Assembly (NCBI GenBank): GCA_030265395.1
Contig: JARFYF010000064.1
Coordinates: 17,306,451-17,370,450 of the forward strand
DNA from: Rhina ancylostomus
Lineage: Eukaryota
Direction of reading: 5' to 3'
DNA length: 64,000 nucleotides
Numbering within the stretch: the stretch's first letter is position 1; each line of letters starts with the position of its first letter. The position numbers and the translations under genes were made by a program. The notes beneath the pieces are model-generated. The model was not told the DNA's origin and made no database searches. It was given only the letters and a program-made list of their open reading frames with translations. Of the stretch, positions 37,545 through 50,780 are shown piece after piece.

Positions 37545-37772
37545 ATATCATGCTGCAGCATGCTGCGGGGGGTGGGGGGGAGGGTTGGTGGGAATTGTCT
37601 TCATTTTGGGTCGAAACTCTGCATCAGGGCTATTTGGACCAGGTCCGAATGCAGGGTTTTCACCCGAAAAGTCAACAGTTCCTTCCCACCCCACAGATGC
37701 TGCTCGACCCACTGAGTTCCACCAGCAGATTGTTTGTTGCTACAGATTTAGCATCTGCAGTCTCTTGTGCCT
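37545..37772. mobile_element. Inverted pair of PLE terminal repeats
   Basis: 37591-37630 and 37643-37682 are reverse-complement copies (28/40 identical). The right copy continues ccacagatgctgctcgacccactgagttcc...gcatctgcagtctcttgtg. Confidence 0.8.
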
Positions 37773-38214
37773 ACATATTGTGCTGTCCCTGCAATTTAAG
37801 AAGCTGGATTAATCTTTAATTTATCTAAATTTGACAGTCACAGTTTACAATGTAAGTTGTCGCCTCTGTGGAGGTTTATAAGTGTCATTAACCAGCATTG
37901 CATTCACTGATAACAATTTGTGTTTGAAAAAAAATATACCGTATGCCATTTTTCTAGTTATAGATGCCAATTATGTTAAGGTAGCAGTTGTGGTACAGCA
38001 GGTGATATTGGTAGAAGTGATCCATCTTGAATCACTGATACTTGGAGCGAATGTTTTAGAGACATATGTGTGAGTGAAGAGTCTTGCTGTTGAGAAAACT
38101 AAGAGATTGATTAAATTAATGTTTTGTTAGATTTAGAATTTTAGGCCTGTAAGTAATTAATTATGCAATTTTATATATGTAAAGAATGTTATCCATGTAA
38201 CTTCATGGGTTTTT

Positions 38215-38495
38215 AAGATATCTTTATTAATCACATGTCCATCGAAACACACAGTGAAATGCATCTTTTATGTAGAGTGTTCTGGGGGCAGCCCACAAGT
38301 GTCGCCACACTTCTGGCGCCAACATAACATGCCCACAACTTCCCAATCCCTACGCCTTTGGAATGTGGGAGGAAACTGGCACACCCAGAGGAAACCCACG
38401 CAGACACAGAGAGAACATACAAACTCTTTACAGACATTGGTGGGAATTGAACCCAGGTCGCCGATGCTGTAATAGCGTTATGCTAACCACTACAC
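38215..38495 (-). mobile_element. Rex1-tailed V-SINE
   Basis: Reverse-complement copy of 29909-30198, including ggaattgaacc (B-box) and gctaaccactacac. Confidence 0.9.
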
Positions 38496-38619
38496 TTTTG
38501 TTAAGGTAGTGTAGTGGATTTGAAAGTTATTATTCCTTTAAAAACTGAATATTACACAATGTTGTACCAGTCAATGTTGTTAGTTGGGAGCTGATTTTCT
38601 TTAATGAAGGGTACTTCTG

Positions 38620-39470
38620 TTATATGGCACAAAGATAGCTTGAAAGTAATTGTGAAGAGGACATAGAAAGGCTGAAAAGGAATATAGATGGGTTAAGTGA
38701 GTGGTTAAAGATCTGGTTAAAGGAGGGTAATGTGGAAAAATGCCAAAATGGACAATTTTACAGAAAAAAAACAATTAAAAGAGAGATTATTCAAAAGGTA
38801 AGAGATTGCAGAGCTCTGATTGGGAGAAGGATCCTGTTTTCTACTGCATGATTTTCAAAACACTAGTATGCTGATGTTTCAAGTAATTTGGAAAGCTAAC
38901 AAGGTGTTGTTGATTGCTAAGGAAGTTGAATAGTCAGTGGTCTATGCTTATGTTATATGGGGCATTGGTAAGACTACATCTGAACCACTGTGTACACATT
39001 TAGCCTATTTATTTAAGGGGATGTTAATGCATTGGAAGCAGTTTCGAGCAGGACCATGAGTCTAATACCCTGAATGGGTAGTTTGTCTTAAGGTTGAACA
39101 GGCTAGATTTGCATCCAGCAGAGTTCAGAAAGGGGATTTAATTGAAACACATGAAATCCTGATCAGGTGGATGTCGAGAGGGTGGTTCTTCTTGTGGGAG
39201 AATCACAAGGGGTTGCCCATTTCAGAGGAATGAGGTGAAATATTTTCTCTAAGGGTCATGGAACTTTCTTCCTCAAAAGCTGGTGGAAGCAGAGTCTGAA
39301 AATTTTTGAGGCAGAGGTAGAAAGATAAGTAATGAGCAAGAGGGTGAAAGAATACCAGAGGTAATTGGGAATGAGAGTTATGTTGCAATTGGACTAGCCA
39401 TGGTCTTTTTAAATAGCAGAGTAGGCTTGAGGGGCTTGGCAGCCCACTCCTGCTCCTAATTTGGATGCTT
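38620..39470 (+). mobile_element. Old CR1 LINE ORF2 3' region
   Basis: DID.LSEW..IW, ALVRLHL..CV, aggggatgttaatgcattggaagcagttt and tail gtaggcttgaggggc...ccactcctgctcctaatt. Confidence 0.75.
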
Positions 39471-40896
39471 GTATTTGCCTTATTAAATAGCAGAGCCCAA
39501 GAGTCTGTGGATACGACACGAACTGTCAGCTGCTTTATGCCAAGTTACACTGCACAAACTGTGATCTGTTGTGACCCGCAATCATTCCTTGTTTTTCACT
39601 TTGTGAACATGGATAGGATATTGCTGACTGGCATATTAAATTCCAATTTTAATTTGATAAATCCAAGGATCTCAGTGTTGGTCCCTTGGGTGATTCCCTT
39701 CCACATCTGGATACAAGAGTGAAGCACTGATCCACATGAGCACAATTCTGCTGCTTGAGACAGCAACATGGCTGAGAATGTTGGGATTCTGAGTTTGTTT
39801 TCTGAAGGATCGAGTCTCAGAGGAATGAGAGCACCCACACATTAAAGAAAGAAAGTTTGGACTGCAGTTGAATGCATTAACTTTCCCATCCTTTTGCCAG
39901 AAACCTCAAAGCAATGACATTGACATGAATTTAATCTCAAGAGCACATTTGCCCAGCTGTTGAGATCAGTAAACTGACTGACGAGCAGAAGAGCTCTCCC
40001 CACAATTTTTAAAAATGCTTTTATCTTGATCCAGGAGAAACATGGCTCTAACTTCTGCAACCTCTGAAGGGAGGAAACTCTCATTGTATGGCACGGGAGA
40101 GAAAAGAGTAAGATGACAACTAAAGTAGATGTAAATTTGGATTGTACAAAAGTTTGTTGAAATCTATTGGGTGTATATTTAAAGAAAAAGTTTATGACAA
40201 TTCATTCTGTGCCTGTTCTTACAGATGGTGTGCTTACAAATCCAGACCTCTTCCAGCTTGGCTTGCACATACTGTTCACGTGGTATATCCTATGAACAGT
40301 AAATGTAATTTATTACCGCTCTGCATACCATAATGGAAGCAAGATGAACTTTTAACAATGTGCACATTGTATCATTCTTGCTTCTAGGGGAATAGATTGT
40401 AATGTGCTGAGCTTGATGCTGTCATGTATTCCAGAGGAAGCCCCTGGCCAAGCTTGGATGGGGGCCATGTTGATGTACTGATGCATAACATACTGTAGCA
40501 CATTAGGAACCTCCCTGCCAGTGAACTGCAGCATTGTACACTGACTTGATTTTCAGGTGCATGAAGTTCAAATATCTGTTGCGTCAGGAGAGATTTCATA
40601 TTTGTTTAAACACAGTAGACTCTTAGAAAATCAACCTTCGTTAAAATCTGCATTACAGTGTATTTATACATTGGTAAATTAGTTNNNNNNNNNNNNNNNN
40701 NNNNNNNNNNNNNNNNNNNNNNNNNNNNNNNNNNNNNNNNNNNNNNNNNNNNNNNNNNNNNNNNNNNNNNNNNNNNNNNNNNNNNNNNNNNNNNNNNNNN
40801 NNNNNNNNNNNNNNNNNNNNNNNNNNNNNNNNNNNNNNNNNNNNNNNNNNNNNNNNNNNNNNNNNNNNNNNNNNNNNNNNNNNNNNNNNNNNNNNN

Positions 40897-41345
40897 ATAC
40901 TTAATGTACATGGGGACCATTCAATAGTTTTATAACAGAGGGATAGAAGCTGTCCTTCAGCCTGATGGTATGTGCGTTCAGGCTTCTGTGTCTTCCGCCC
41001 GATGGGAGGGGGGAGAAGAGAGAATGTCCGGGATAGCTGGGGTCTTTGATTATGCTGGCTGCTTTACTGGGGCAGCAAGAAATGTAGACGGAGTCCATGG
41101 AGAGGAAACTGGTTTATGTGATGTGCCGAGCTGCAGTTTCTTGTGGTTTCGGGCAGAGCAGTTGCCGTACCAAGCCTTAATGCATCCAGATAGGATGCTT
41201 TCTATGGTGCATCTATAAAATTGGTGAGGGTCAAAGGGGACATGCCAAATTTCTTTAGCCTCCTGAGGAAGTAGAGGTGCCGGNNNNNNNNNNGGTGTGT
41301 GTTCTTGGCCGTGGCATCAACATGATTCGACCAGGACAGGCTTTT
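40897..41345 (-). mobile_element. Rex1/Babar 3' fragment
   Basis: ORF 40901-41098 MDSVYISCCPSKAASIIKDPSYPGHSLFSPLPSGGRHRSLNAHTIRLKDSFYP. Confidence 0.9.
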
Positions 41346-41659
41346 GGAACACAGGGGCCTGAGGATTTGGTTCATGGTAGAACCTTGGCCACTTGCAGAG
41401 CTACTGGAACTGGGTGGGGGATGACTGGATTGTTCTAACAGTGAGCCATCATGGACTCAGTGGCTGACTGGCCACCTTCTGTACATAATAACTCCTTGAT
41501 TTAACTACAGAACCTTCACTTCGACAACATCAACACCTTGAAGCAGTTATTTAAGTACTTGTCTGGTGTATGTTTTTTCCTCAAAAGTGAAAGACATTAA
41601 TGCTGGGAACTGAGCCCATTTTGTCATCACCAACCCACTGATACCGTAAGGTAAAATGG

Positions 41660-41755
41660 GGCAAAGGCAGTGCTGGAAAAACTCAGCCGGCCAGGCAACA
41701 TCTGTGGAAAGGAAAACAGTCGATGTTTCAAGTATGCTACCCTCCATTACAAGAT
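41660..41755 (-). mobile_element. PLE terminal-repeat remnant
   Basis: tgctggaaaaactcagccggccaggcaacatctgtggaaaggaaaacagtcgatgtttca. Confidence 0.7.
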
Positions 41756-42627
41756 GTTTCTTTTGTACAAGCTGCCTCTTTCTATGTGACATGGACTGGT
41801 ATTCGTATTTGAAATTCATCGCTGACGTTACTATGATTTTAAAACTAATAGTCTAAAGGCAGTGGCAGGTTGCCAATCACCTTCTGTTCTGACTAAGTGG
41901 CAGGGATCATCTGAAAGAACGTCAGTAAATGGGTGGTCCAATGTGAAAAGGGTGACTGTACAATACCTACCTTTGAACGTGGTGGTCAACCCTGTGAAGG
42001 TGCTTGCGGTGCCTGGGAGAGGAGACGTGCCCCAACTCTCAACCTTTCACAGATTCTGATTTGGGAATTTCTAGCATTTTCTGTTTCTGATCGACATTAA
42101 GTCCACATAAGTGATCATGTAGAAAATACTAAAGATAAAAAGGGGGCAGAAAGGCACAAAGCCAGTTTTTTGCTTCTTTGCTGAAATTGCAGTTTCATTC
42201 AGGGGCATTCGTATACAGGTGCTAGTAAAGAGCTTAATTTGTATACAGACACATCCTTGGGTTATGAACGCCCATCTATGGACACCTGTACCTATGAGCA
42301 AGTTCCCATTATATTATTAAATTCACAAGTCCAATGTACAAACATTCATTCTTACGAATGACAGAACTAGTTTCCCCCCCTCTCTCTCTTCACTTTTAGT
42401 AATTGTTCTTTTTATCAGTCTAGTGTGAATTTGATTCCATTTTTTCTATCACTGTGGAGGTAGGGTTCCCATATCAAGTGACATTTGTGTATTTTCCAAC
42501 TTACGGATGAAATCGATTTAAGGACATCTGTAAAAACGGAATCCGTTCCTTACCCGAGGATGGCCTGCAGTGTCCTTCCCTGCCTCAGGATCTCCAAGAG
42601 GGCTTGGCATCCAATCAAGCGTTTTTC

Positions 42628-42815
42628 AGACACAAGAGACTGAAGATGTTGGAATCTGGAGCAGAAAACAATCCACTGGAGGAACTCATCGGGTCGAGCA
42701 GCATCTGTAGAGGCAGAGGATGGTCGATGCTCCAGGTTGAGACCCCGCATCAGGACTGAGATTGTAGAGGGGAGAGAGCCTGGAGAAAGAGGGGAGAAAG
42801 AGGAATGAGACAAGT
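42628..42815 (-). mobile_element. PLE 3' UTR / pseudo-LTR remnant
   Basis: cacaagagactgaagatgttggaatctggagc...ggtcgagcagcatctgtag...gttgagaccccgcatcaggactgag. Confidence 0.8.
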
Positions 42816-42842
42816 GTGCTTTGATGTGAGGACATTGTTACA

Positions 42843-43005
42843 GAGTCATAGAGTTATACAGCAGGGAAACAGGCCTTTTGGCCCAACTGATCAATGCTGA
42901 CCAAGATGCTGTCTAAGTAATCCCATTTGCCTAGATTTGGCCCATATCTCTCCAAACCTTGCCTATCTGTGTACCTGTCCAAGTGCCTTTTACATGTTGT
43001 TAATA
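42843..43005 (-). mobile_element. CR1/HER1 3' tail
   Basis: gagtcatagagttatacagcagggaaacaggccttttggccc...gtacctgtccaagtgcc. Confidence 0.85.
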
Positions 43006-43884
43006 AATGTTTAAATGTTGTTGTCAGAATGTACTGTGGGTTTTTTTTGGCACCTCTCATGCCATGGAAGTTTGCGTGTATGAAACAATAGTGAGTGGTG
43101 GCAATCTGTTTATCTGTGGAACCATCAGAGTACAGTGCTGTCCTCATCTGAAATCTATGGATGAATTTGTACAGTGGGACATAACAAACAGGAGTGGGAA
43201 ATTAGAATAATTTCCTCTTTCCCTTTCCCAGTGCCCAACCCCTAGGGTTGTACCTAATTGTAGTAACTTTCTACTGATACGGTCTGCAAGTATGTTGTTC
43301 CTAGAACTATCAGGAATGTTTTTCAAAGACCAAAAGTCTCTCAATGGACTATCCAACTGCATTTTACAGGAAGCTGGGAAATTGTTCAAATAGGTAGCAT
43401 TGTTCAAAGGAAATAAAGATATATTTTTTTAATACACTCATGATTTTCTGCCAGGTTGATTGTTGCAACTTTTAGGAGATCAATAAAGCTGCTGCTTGAC
43501 AAGAGGTTATTGGAGCAAGAGATCAAAAGACAGTATCTTCAGGAGTGGATGGAACCAGAGTCAGCAATCCTAGTTTCGGCTGAGTTTGGGAGAAGCAGGG
43601 GAAGGTGTGGAGGTGGAAGGAGCCAGTGTTTGTGATGGTAAGGATGTATTGTCAGTACAGCAATGGGTCAAACAGAGCACTGAAATTCTGAATCTGAATC
43701 CGTACCTGCTGAACAGTGGTAGTGTGCAATGGCAAAGGCATGAAGTTTGTTCTGGAGGCAGAAGATGTCTGCTGTTGAGTTCAATTCATGAAACATTTGG
43801 CCACGAGACCAATTCACTGAACAATTGGGTTCTTTTCTGAGAGTTTGATGACTTCATCCAGTGTATATTTTGGGTAAAAAGGAC

Positions 43885-44670
43885 AAGAGGCTTTGGAGAT
43901 GGTGCAGAAGAGGTTTACCAAGATGCTGCCTGGATTAGAGGGCATGTGCTGTGAGGATAGGTTGGACGAACTTGGGTTGTTCTCTCTGGAGCAACAGAGA
44001 CTGAGGGGAGATCTGATAGAGGTTTATAAGATTATGGGAGGCATAGATAGAGCAGACAGCCAGTATCTTTTCTCCAGGGTTGAAAAGTCTAATACCAGAG
44101 GGCGTGCATTTAAGGTGAGAGGTTAAGTTCAAAGGAGATGTGCAGGGCAAGTTTCTTTACACAGAGAGTGGTGGGTGCCAGGGATGTGCTGCCTGGGCGG
44201 TGGCAGAGGCAAATATGATAGGGGCGTTCAAGAAGTTCTTAGATAGGCATGTGAATATGAGGGAAATGGTAGGATATGGATATCTCTTTATTAGTCACAT
44301 GTATATCAAAACACACAGTGAAATACATCTTTTTGTAGAGTGTTCTGGGAACAGCCCGCAAGTGTCACCACGCTTCCAGCGCCAACGTAGCACGCCCACA
44401 ACTTCCTAACCCGTGTCTTTGGAATGTGGGAGGAAACCGGAGCACCCGGAGGAAACCCACGCAGACACGTGAAGAACGTACAGATTCCTGACAGACAGCG
44501 ACGGGAATTGAACCTGGGTCGCTGGCGCTGTAATAGCGTTACTCTAACCATTACACTACCATGCTTATTGTGTAGGTAGAGGGGATTAGTTGGGAATTTT
44601 TTTACTAATGTAATCAGTTCAGCACAACATTGTGGGCTGAAGGGCCTGTTCCTGTGCTGTACTATTCAAT
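43885..44670 (+). mobile_element. CR1/HER1 3' fragment interrupted by a SINE
   Basis: ORF 43893-44126 EMVQKRFTKMLPGLEGMCCEDRLDELGLFSLEQQRLRGDLIEVYKIMGGIDR, with the tail at ~44630-44670. Confidence 0.92.
44281..44564 (-). mobile_element. Rex1-tailed V-SINE
   Basis: Reverse-complement copy of 29909-30198 that retains many CpGs. Confidence 0.9.
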
Positions 44671-45837
44671 GTGTAATTCCCAGTCCTGTACTTGTTTAAA
44701 GGATAACCGTTCACATCTTCTCGCACCAGGGTCACAGACATTGGCCTGTTCATTTCTGTTTGCCCTGATCATTTCTCCATGAATGCTGCTTGTCCGTAGA
44801 GCGTTTTACAGGAGTTTTATTTCAGTCATGCAGTGTTTTGCTTTCTCTTGTGTCTGAATGTGAAGAGTAGTTTTCTGCATTAAAGGACCTATATAAATAC
44901 ATTGTTGACTATCCATGATTTCCCTTTGATTTGGTTCTGCTTTACATACTGGAATGTTTGGCTTGCAAAGCAGATTATCTCAGATAGCCATGCCCTTTAA
45001 CTCATTACCAAATGTTGTAAATGAAGTGAAGCATGAAACTGTTTTCACTCAACATGACATCGGCAGATTTCATTTGCACTTACAATGTATGATAAAAAAA
45101 TACTCCCAAATTCCAAGAAAATGTCAACTAACAGGATAGACATATTTCTAAATACATACACTGCCGCTACCGCACACAGTTTAGGCACAGGAATCATTAA
45201 AAAGGTCACCGTGTTAAGTTTCTGGACAGTTTCACGTAAGTGAAGGGTAATATCAGAAAGCTGGTGCCTGATAGTCTGTAAGCGACAGTGTTTACAAAGA
45301 AGTAAACAGCAGACTCCAAATGATTGGGAGGGGTTGCCTGAAGCAGATTTAACAGCCCTGTTACTAGTGTTTTACAAGTTTCCCAGCTGTTGTCTTTGTG
45401 TTGGTGTGTAGGCAAAAAATAAATAAGATGTCTATTTTGATGGAAATATACAGCAGTGACCTCAAACGCTGAGTTTAATGTCTTTTTTTTCTCTCTAATC
45501 TTGAGTTGTGATCTGCCTTTGACATATCACTGAGTGTGTTTTTGGTTGGATCTTAAAAAAAGCTGGCATTGAAACAACTGAACAGAACCAGTAGCCTCAT
45601 TTAGTAGTTTTAATGTTTCATGGTGAAAACAGATGATATTGGTGGCAACTTTATATCACTTTCTCAATATCCTAATCCAATAGTTCCAATTAACAGGTTG
45701 TTAATGGTCCTTTTCACCAATTGCAATCAATTCTTCACCTCCGTTTCACTTTAAACTACTTATATATTTGGTTTATTATGGTATAAGGATTTCTTTCCTT
45801 TACTTGTACAACTAACAGTGACCCAAGACTAACTAAA

Positions 45838-45968
45838 TTCAGATGAAGAGTCTCAGTCTGAAACATCAACTGTCCATGTCCCTCCACAGATGCTGCCTGA
45901 CCCGCTGAGTTCCTCCAGCAACTTGTGCGTTGCTCCAGATTCCAGCATCTGCAGTCTTTCTTTGTCTC
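45838..45968 (+). mobile_element. PLE terminal repeat
   Basis: cagatgaagagtctcagtctgaaacatcaactg...agatgctgcctgacccgctgagttcctccagca...gattccagcatctgcagtc. Confidence 0.85.
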
Positions 45969-46404
45969 CGAGAATAAAGTTCCTGCATTAAGTGCAGTCA
46001 GTAGGACTTGAAGACTTGTTTTAATAAATTCTTCTCTTGGATTATCCAAGAGGGTAAGAGCTAAATCAAAGATATGCATTTCTCAACCATCTGTTTCCCC
46101 CTCCTTCCCCACTCCCTCAATNNNNNNNNNNNNNNNNNNNNNNNNNNNNNNNNNNNNNNNNNNNNNNNNNNNNNNNNNNNNNNNNNNNNNNNNNNNNNNN
46201 NNNNNNNNNNNNNNNNNNNNNGGGACTTTAAAGACCTATAAGACATGAGTTTGAATTGTGTGTAATTTGTTCAAGGCTCTGAGAGGATCTCCTCTTTAGG
46301 AACTTCCCATAAAACATTGTTGCACCCCAGACAGCACTCAGTCACATGATGCAGCCCCAAAGCCATGATAACTTTGAAGTATCTCATATTCTCATATTTC
46401 CTTT

Positions 46405-46685
46405 TTGCATAGAAAGAAGCTGTTCAGCCATTGATGCTACGTTATGCTGGTTTTCAGAGTAATCCCATCAATCCCATTCTCCCACTTATTTCCATGTAAC
46501 CTATTCTGTCTCACATGACCATCACCTTCCTTTGATTCTCTGACCACCAGCCTACAAAAATAATTAGCCTTCCTCAGAGCACCCGGAGGAAACTCACGCA
46601 GTCCCGGGGGAACATGCAGACTCCACACATTCAGCACCAGAGGTCAGGATTGAACTGAAGCTGTGCAGCTACCTGTGCCACTTAC
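46405..46685 (-). mobile_element. HE1-like V-SINE (internally deleted)
   Basis: gagcacccggaggaaactcacgcagtc...ggtcaggattgaac plus CR1-type tail at left. Confidence 0.8.
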
Positions 46686-48669
46686 CCATTGTTCTTATTC
46701 GGTGCCAGATGTATCACACTCCTGCTGTCTACAAGTTCCTTTCTCACTTCAGCCTCTATGTCCCATCCAAAATTAGCATCAGCTCACCCACTGGATCTCC
46801 TTTCTTCCCTTGAATCCTTCCCCATCCAGCTCCTTGCCATAGTTCTGACTTCCTGAGATAGTGTTACATTCATCTTTCAGATGAAGCACGAAGCAGAGAG
46901 ACTCCATTCAATGTGTCACATTTTTATTTCACTGCTAAGAAGAGCAGGTTCTTTATCTGCTGGTCAGCAATCATCCCTTGGCCAACTCACTCACTCATCG
47001 ATTTTGCCATTTGTGGGGCTCATTATTCCTAGGAACTCTTCGGATTTGACATGAAGTCTCTGGCAATGCTCATTATTGAGATACCAAGAACATTGGATTG
47101 AACTTTGGCCCTGCCCCTTGGCTGTGCAAGTCCTTTTCTGGACTCTGTGGCCTTTTGCGGCACCATTAATGCACACCTGGCATCTGTGGCATTTGACGAA
47201 AGAGCAGGAGCCAGAATGCAGCTTGAGCTGCAGGTTAGAGTGAAGATTTGCACAAAAAAGATGAGTGTTAGAAAATAAATGTTCGAACTAGGGAAGGGAT
47301 GGACAATTTTAGGGAGGGAATCTGATTGTGTGTGGACTTGGCAGCTGAAGAAACAGTATTTGTGGGGTTGAAAGGATGGACAACAGAATCATGAGACCAA
47401 GAGGCGTGGGTCACCTCCTCTTGACCACCAATGACATCATTAAATCCAGTCGATTGACATCCCATTCTCCATGGACCATTCATACCAGGATACCAATCCT
47501 ACTCTGTTTTACTGTCCGCAAGATGCATTGCAGCCACTCACCAGGACGTGGGAAGGACGGTAACTCTAATCACAGGGAAATTACTCATTCTGTTATCCCA
47601 GGGTTGATTAAGTTCCAAAATGTGGACCTTTCTGATTAACGTGGCTGCCACTTTTACTTGCATACAGCATTCACCATTCATTGGTGTGAATGGTGGTACC
47701 AGCCTGTTATTGTGAAAATNNNNNNNNNNNNNNNNNNNNNNNNNNNNNNNNNNNNNNNNNNNNNNNNNNNNNNNNNNNNNNNNNNNNNNNNNNNNNNNNN
47801 NNNNNNNNNNNNNNNNNNNNNNNNNNNNNNNNNNNNNNNNNNNNNNNNNNNNNNNNATAGCCTCCAGAGATTCTCATGGCTCCATCCTTCATCTTCCCTT
47901 GCCTTCATTTACCCTTAATTATCCCTCCACCTTGGGGCTGTTGTTATACGTATTTTGAAAATGCCTTCCTTTAACTCCCACAGAACCTGGTGCACTTTAC
48001 TGCCTGCTTTTTGTTAACCCCTGCTCTTTGTTACTTATTACTATTAGTCTTTTCCGTCAAGCAATGATTCGTGCCTACTTTCACAATTGTATTCCGTACC
48101 TTAAAAGTAACCATTAATAATCATACAGACAACTGGAAAGCATTTATTTTTAAATCCCAACATGTAGATTGCTTTAGTACGCCAACCATGGCCCTTGGTT
48201 TCTTAGCATTGTGAAGTATGTTGGCAGAACTTAAAAGCTGCCCCCTGGTCTTCAGCCTGGAGATGGGTAACACTGGCTTCCGTTGGCTTCAGATATGGGA
48301 AATGCGTCTTTTCAGAGAGCTGTACCTTGGACTCCAGTAACTGGATGTTGCAATAGTGCCTTTGGTTTTCGATATTCTGAGGAATCATGGGAAGATTCCA
48401 ATCAGCATGATTAAGCTTTCTGGAATAATGACTGTTCATGCCACCCACCATGAGCTTGTCATGCCTGAGGATGAATAAGTTGCAATCTCTGTCTAATGCT
48501 GTGGCAATGAGGGGAGAAACCAAAGTCCTTTCTTCTACAAGGTGCAAAGGGTAATCATTAGGGACCATTCAACTCTGAAAACCACACATGGGATAAAGTG
48601 AGAAAAGGATGTGCCCTTTTCTTTGCGCTAAGCAATGGAGTATATGATGTCTTGTTGGGTTTATTTAAT

Positions 48670-49547
48670 TGTAGATTGGGGTCGTAGTGGACAGCGAGGA
48701 AGGTTATCAAAGCTTGCAGTGTGATCTTGACCAGCTGGGAAAATGGGCTGAAAAATGGCAGATGGAATTTAATGCAGACGAGTGTGAGGTGACGCACTTT
48801 GGGAGGGCAACCAGGGTAAGACTTATGCACTGAATGGCAGTGCTCTGAGGTGTGCGGTAGAACAAAGGGACCTGGGCATACAGATCCACAGTTCCTTGAA
48901 AGGGTTGTAAAGAGAGCTTTTGTCACTTTGGACGTTATAAATCAGGGCATTGAGTATAAGAGTTGGGATGTTATGTTGAAGTTGTACAAGACATTGATGA
49001 GGCTGAATTTGGAGTATTGTGTGCAGTTCTGGTCACCTAACAACAGGAAAAATATCAATAAGAAAAGAGTGCAGAGAAAATTTACAAGGATGTTGCCAGG
49101 ACTTGAGGACCTGAGTTACAGGGAAAGTCAAATAGGTTAGAATTTTATTCCCTGGAGCTCAGGAGAATGAGGGAAGGTCTTACGGAGATATACAAAATTA
49201 TGAGGAGTATAGATAGGGTGAATGTATGCAGGCTTTTTTACCTCAGGTTGGCTGAGACTGGAACTAGAGGACATAAGTTTAGGGTGCAAGGTGAAATATA
49301 TAAGGGGAATCTGAGGGGAAACTTCTTCACTCAGGGGGTGGTGCGAGTGTGGAACAAGCTGCCAGCAAAATTGGTAGACGTGGGTTCAATTGTAACATTA
49401 AGGAGAAGTTTGGATAGGGACATGGATGGGAGGGGTTTAGAGGGATATGGTCCGGGTGCAGGTAGATGGGGCTAGGCCACAGATCAGGTCGGCATGGACT
49501 AGATGGGCTGAAGGGCCTGTTTCTGTGCTGTAGTGCCTCATGACTCT
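48670..49547 (+). mobile_element. CR1/HER1 LINE 3' ~880 bp
   Basis: LQCDLDQLGKWAEKWQMEFNADECEV.HFG, GIEYKSWDVMLKLYKTL.R..LEYCVQFWSP and NLRGNFFTQGVVRVWNKLP, then the tail. Confidence 0.95.
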
Positions 49548-50489
49548 ATGTGTGGACAAGGGGCCAGGGATATCTTGCTGGGCTCTGGTGGTTACTGCTG
49601 TAAAGCCAAGGTGACCAACCTGTTCCTTTTGCATCTCATTGACTCATGCTCACAGTTCCTTCTCAGTACAAATGCTCTGTACGGCACTGCAGTTGTAGCT
49701 GAACTTTTAGCCCACAGCATTGTTCCCCACTGCAGCTCCAGAGCAGTGCAGAATCACCAAGGTTCCTGCTTTGAACTGCTATTCACATTGCTTAATTCAA
49801 ATGGAGGAACTTTAATATTAAATCAAGGAAATAGGGGTAGAAGCAACAAAAAGAATAAACAGCTCTCAGATGAACAATGTGATACTCGCCCACAGTAGAT
49901 TTCCAGATTGCCATTCCTTTTACCACCAACAGGGTTGTCTGGATGATAAATTTACAAGAAGGGAACTGGCACCTTATTGACCAAAGATACGTCACTGATA
50001 AAAATGCAGGAAATCATTTCTATGTAAAATCTGACAGTAAAAATATTCTGTGATTGTTTCCAGGGAACCTGCTTGGGTTTAATGAGGGACACGACCTCTT
50101 GTCTGGGTGAACTTTTTAATAAGCAGCTAACCATTGCACAAAAGATTGAATAATACCTCGGCTAAGTGGATTCGTATTGCACCTGGAGAGTCATTATCTT
50201 AAGGTTCATTGAAGCTTTTTCACATGAAGCTTCAAAGGTGACCTAATAATTGTATACTGGAACAACTTTTGAACTATTTTTTTCATAAAAGAAATCCTGC
50301 TGCCTTTGAAGTGAGCTGAGTCATAATCAGACAGGATTTCAAGCAATCTAGTTCTCCACTCAACTTATCTAACATGTCTTACCAGCTGGAATGATTATCA
50401 AAAGTAATTTTTTTCTTAAATTTAGGAACTTTGCAAGTAACAAAAGAGTAACTTAAATGGAAACTTGATCTATTGTTTCAAGTGATGCA

Positions 50490-50780
50490 GTCACAGTCAT
50501 AGTGACCCTTCAGCCCACTGTGTCTGTACTGACCATCAAGCAGTCAACTCCCACAGGTTCTACCACTCACCTGCACTTCAGGGAAAATTTACAGGGTCCA
50601 ATTAACCTATCAACAGGCATGTCTTTGGGATGTAAGTGGAGACCAGAGCGCCCAGAGGAAACCCAGAGCGTCACACGGTGAATGTGAAAACTACACAGAG
50701 GCAGCACCGGAGATCAGGATTGAATCCGGGTCAATGGAGCTGTGAAACAACAGCTCGATGTGTTACATCACTCTGCCACA
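50490..50780 (-). mobile_element. HE1-like V-SINE
   Basis: cccttcagcccactgtgtc tail, gtctttgggatgt...gaggaaaccca core, caggattgaatccggg B-box. Confidence 0.8.

Noticed and set aside
47031-47233. Plus-strand frame with one in-frame TGA between AG and GT, as a possible selenoprotein exon
   Set aside because: No similarity to any selenoprotein family I recognise, no SECIS identified, and the donor is weak.
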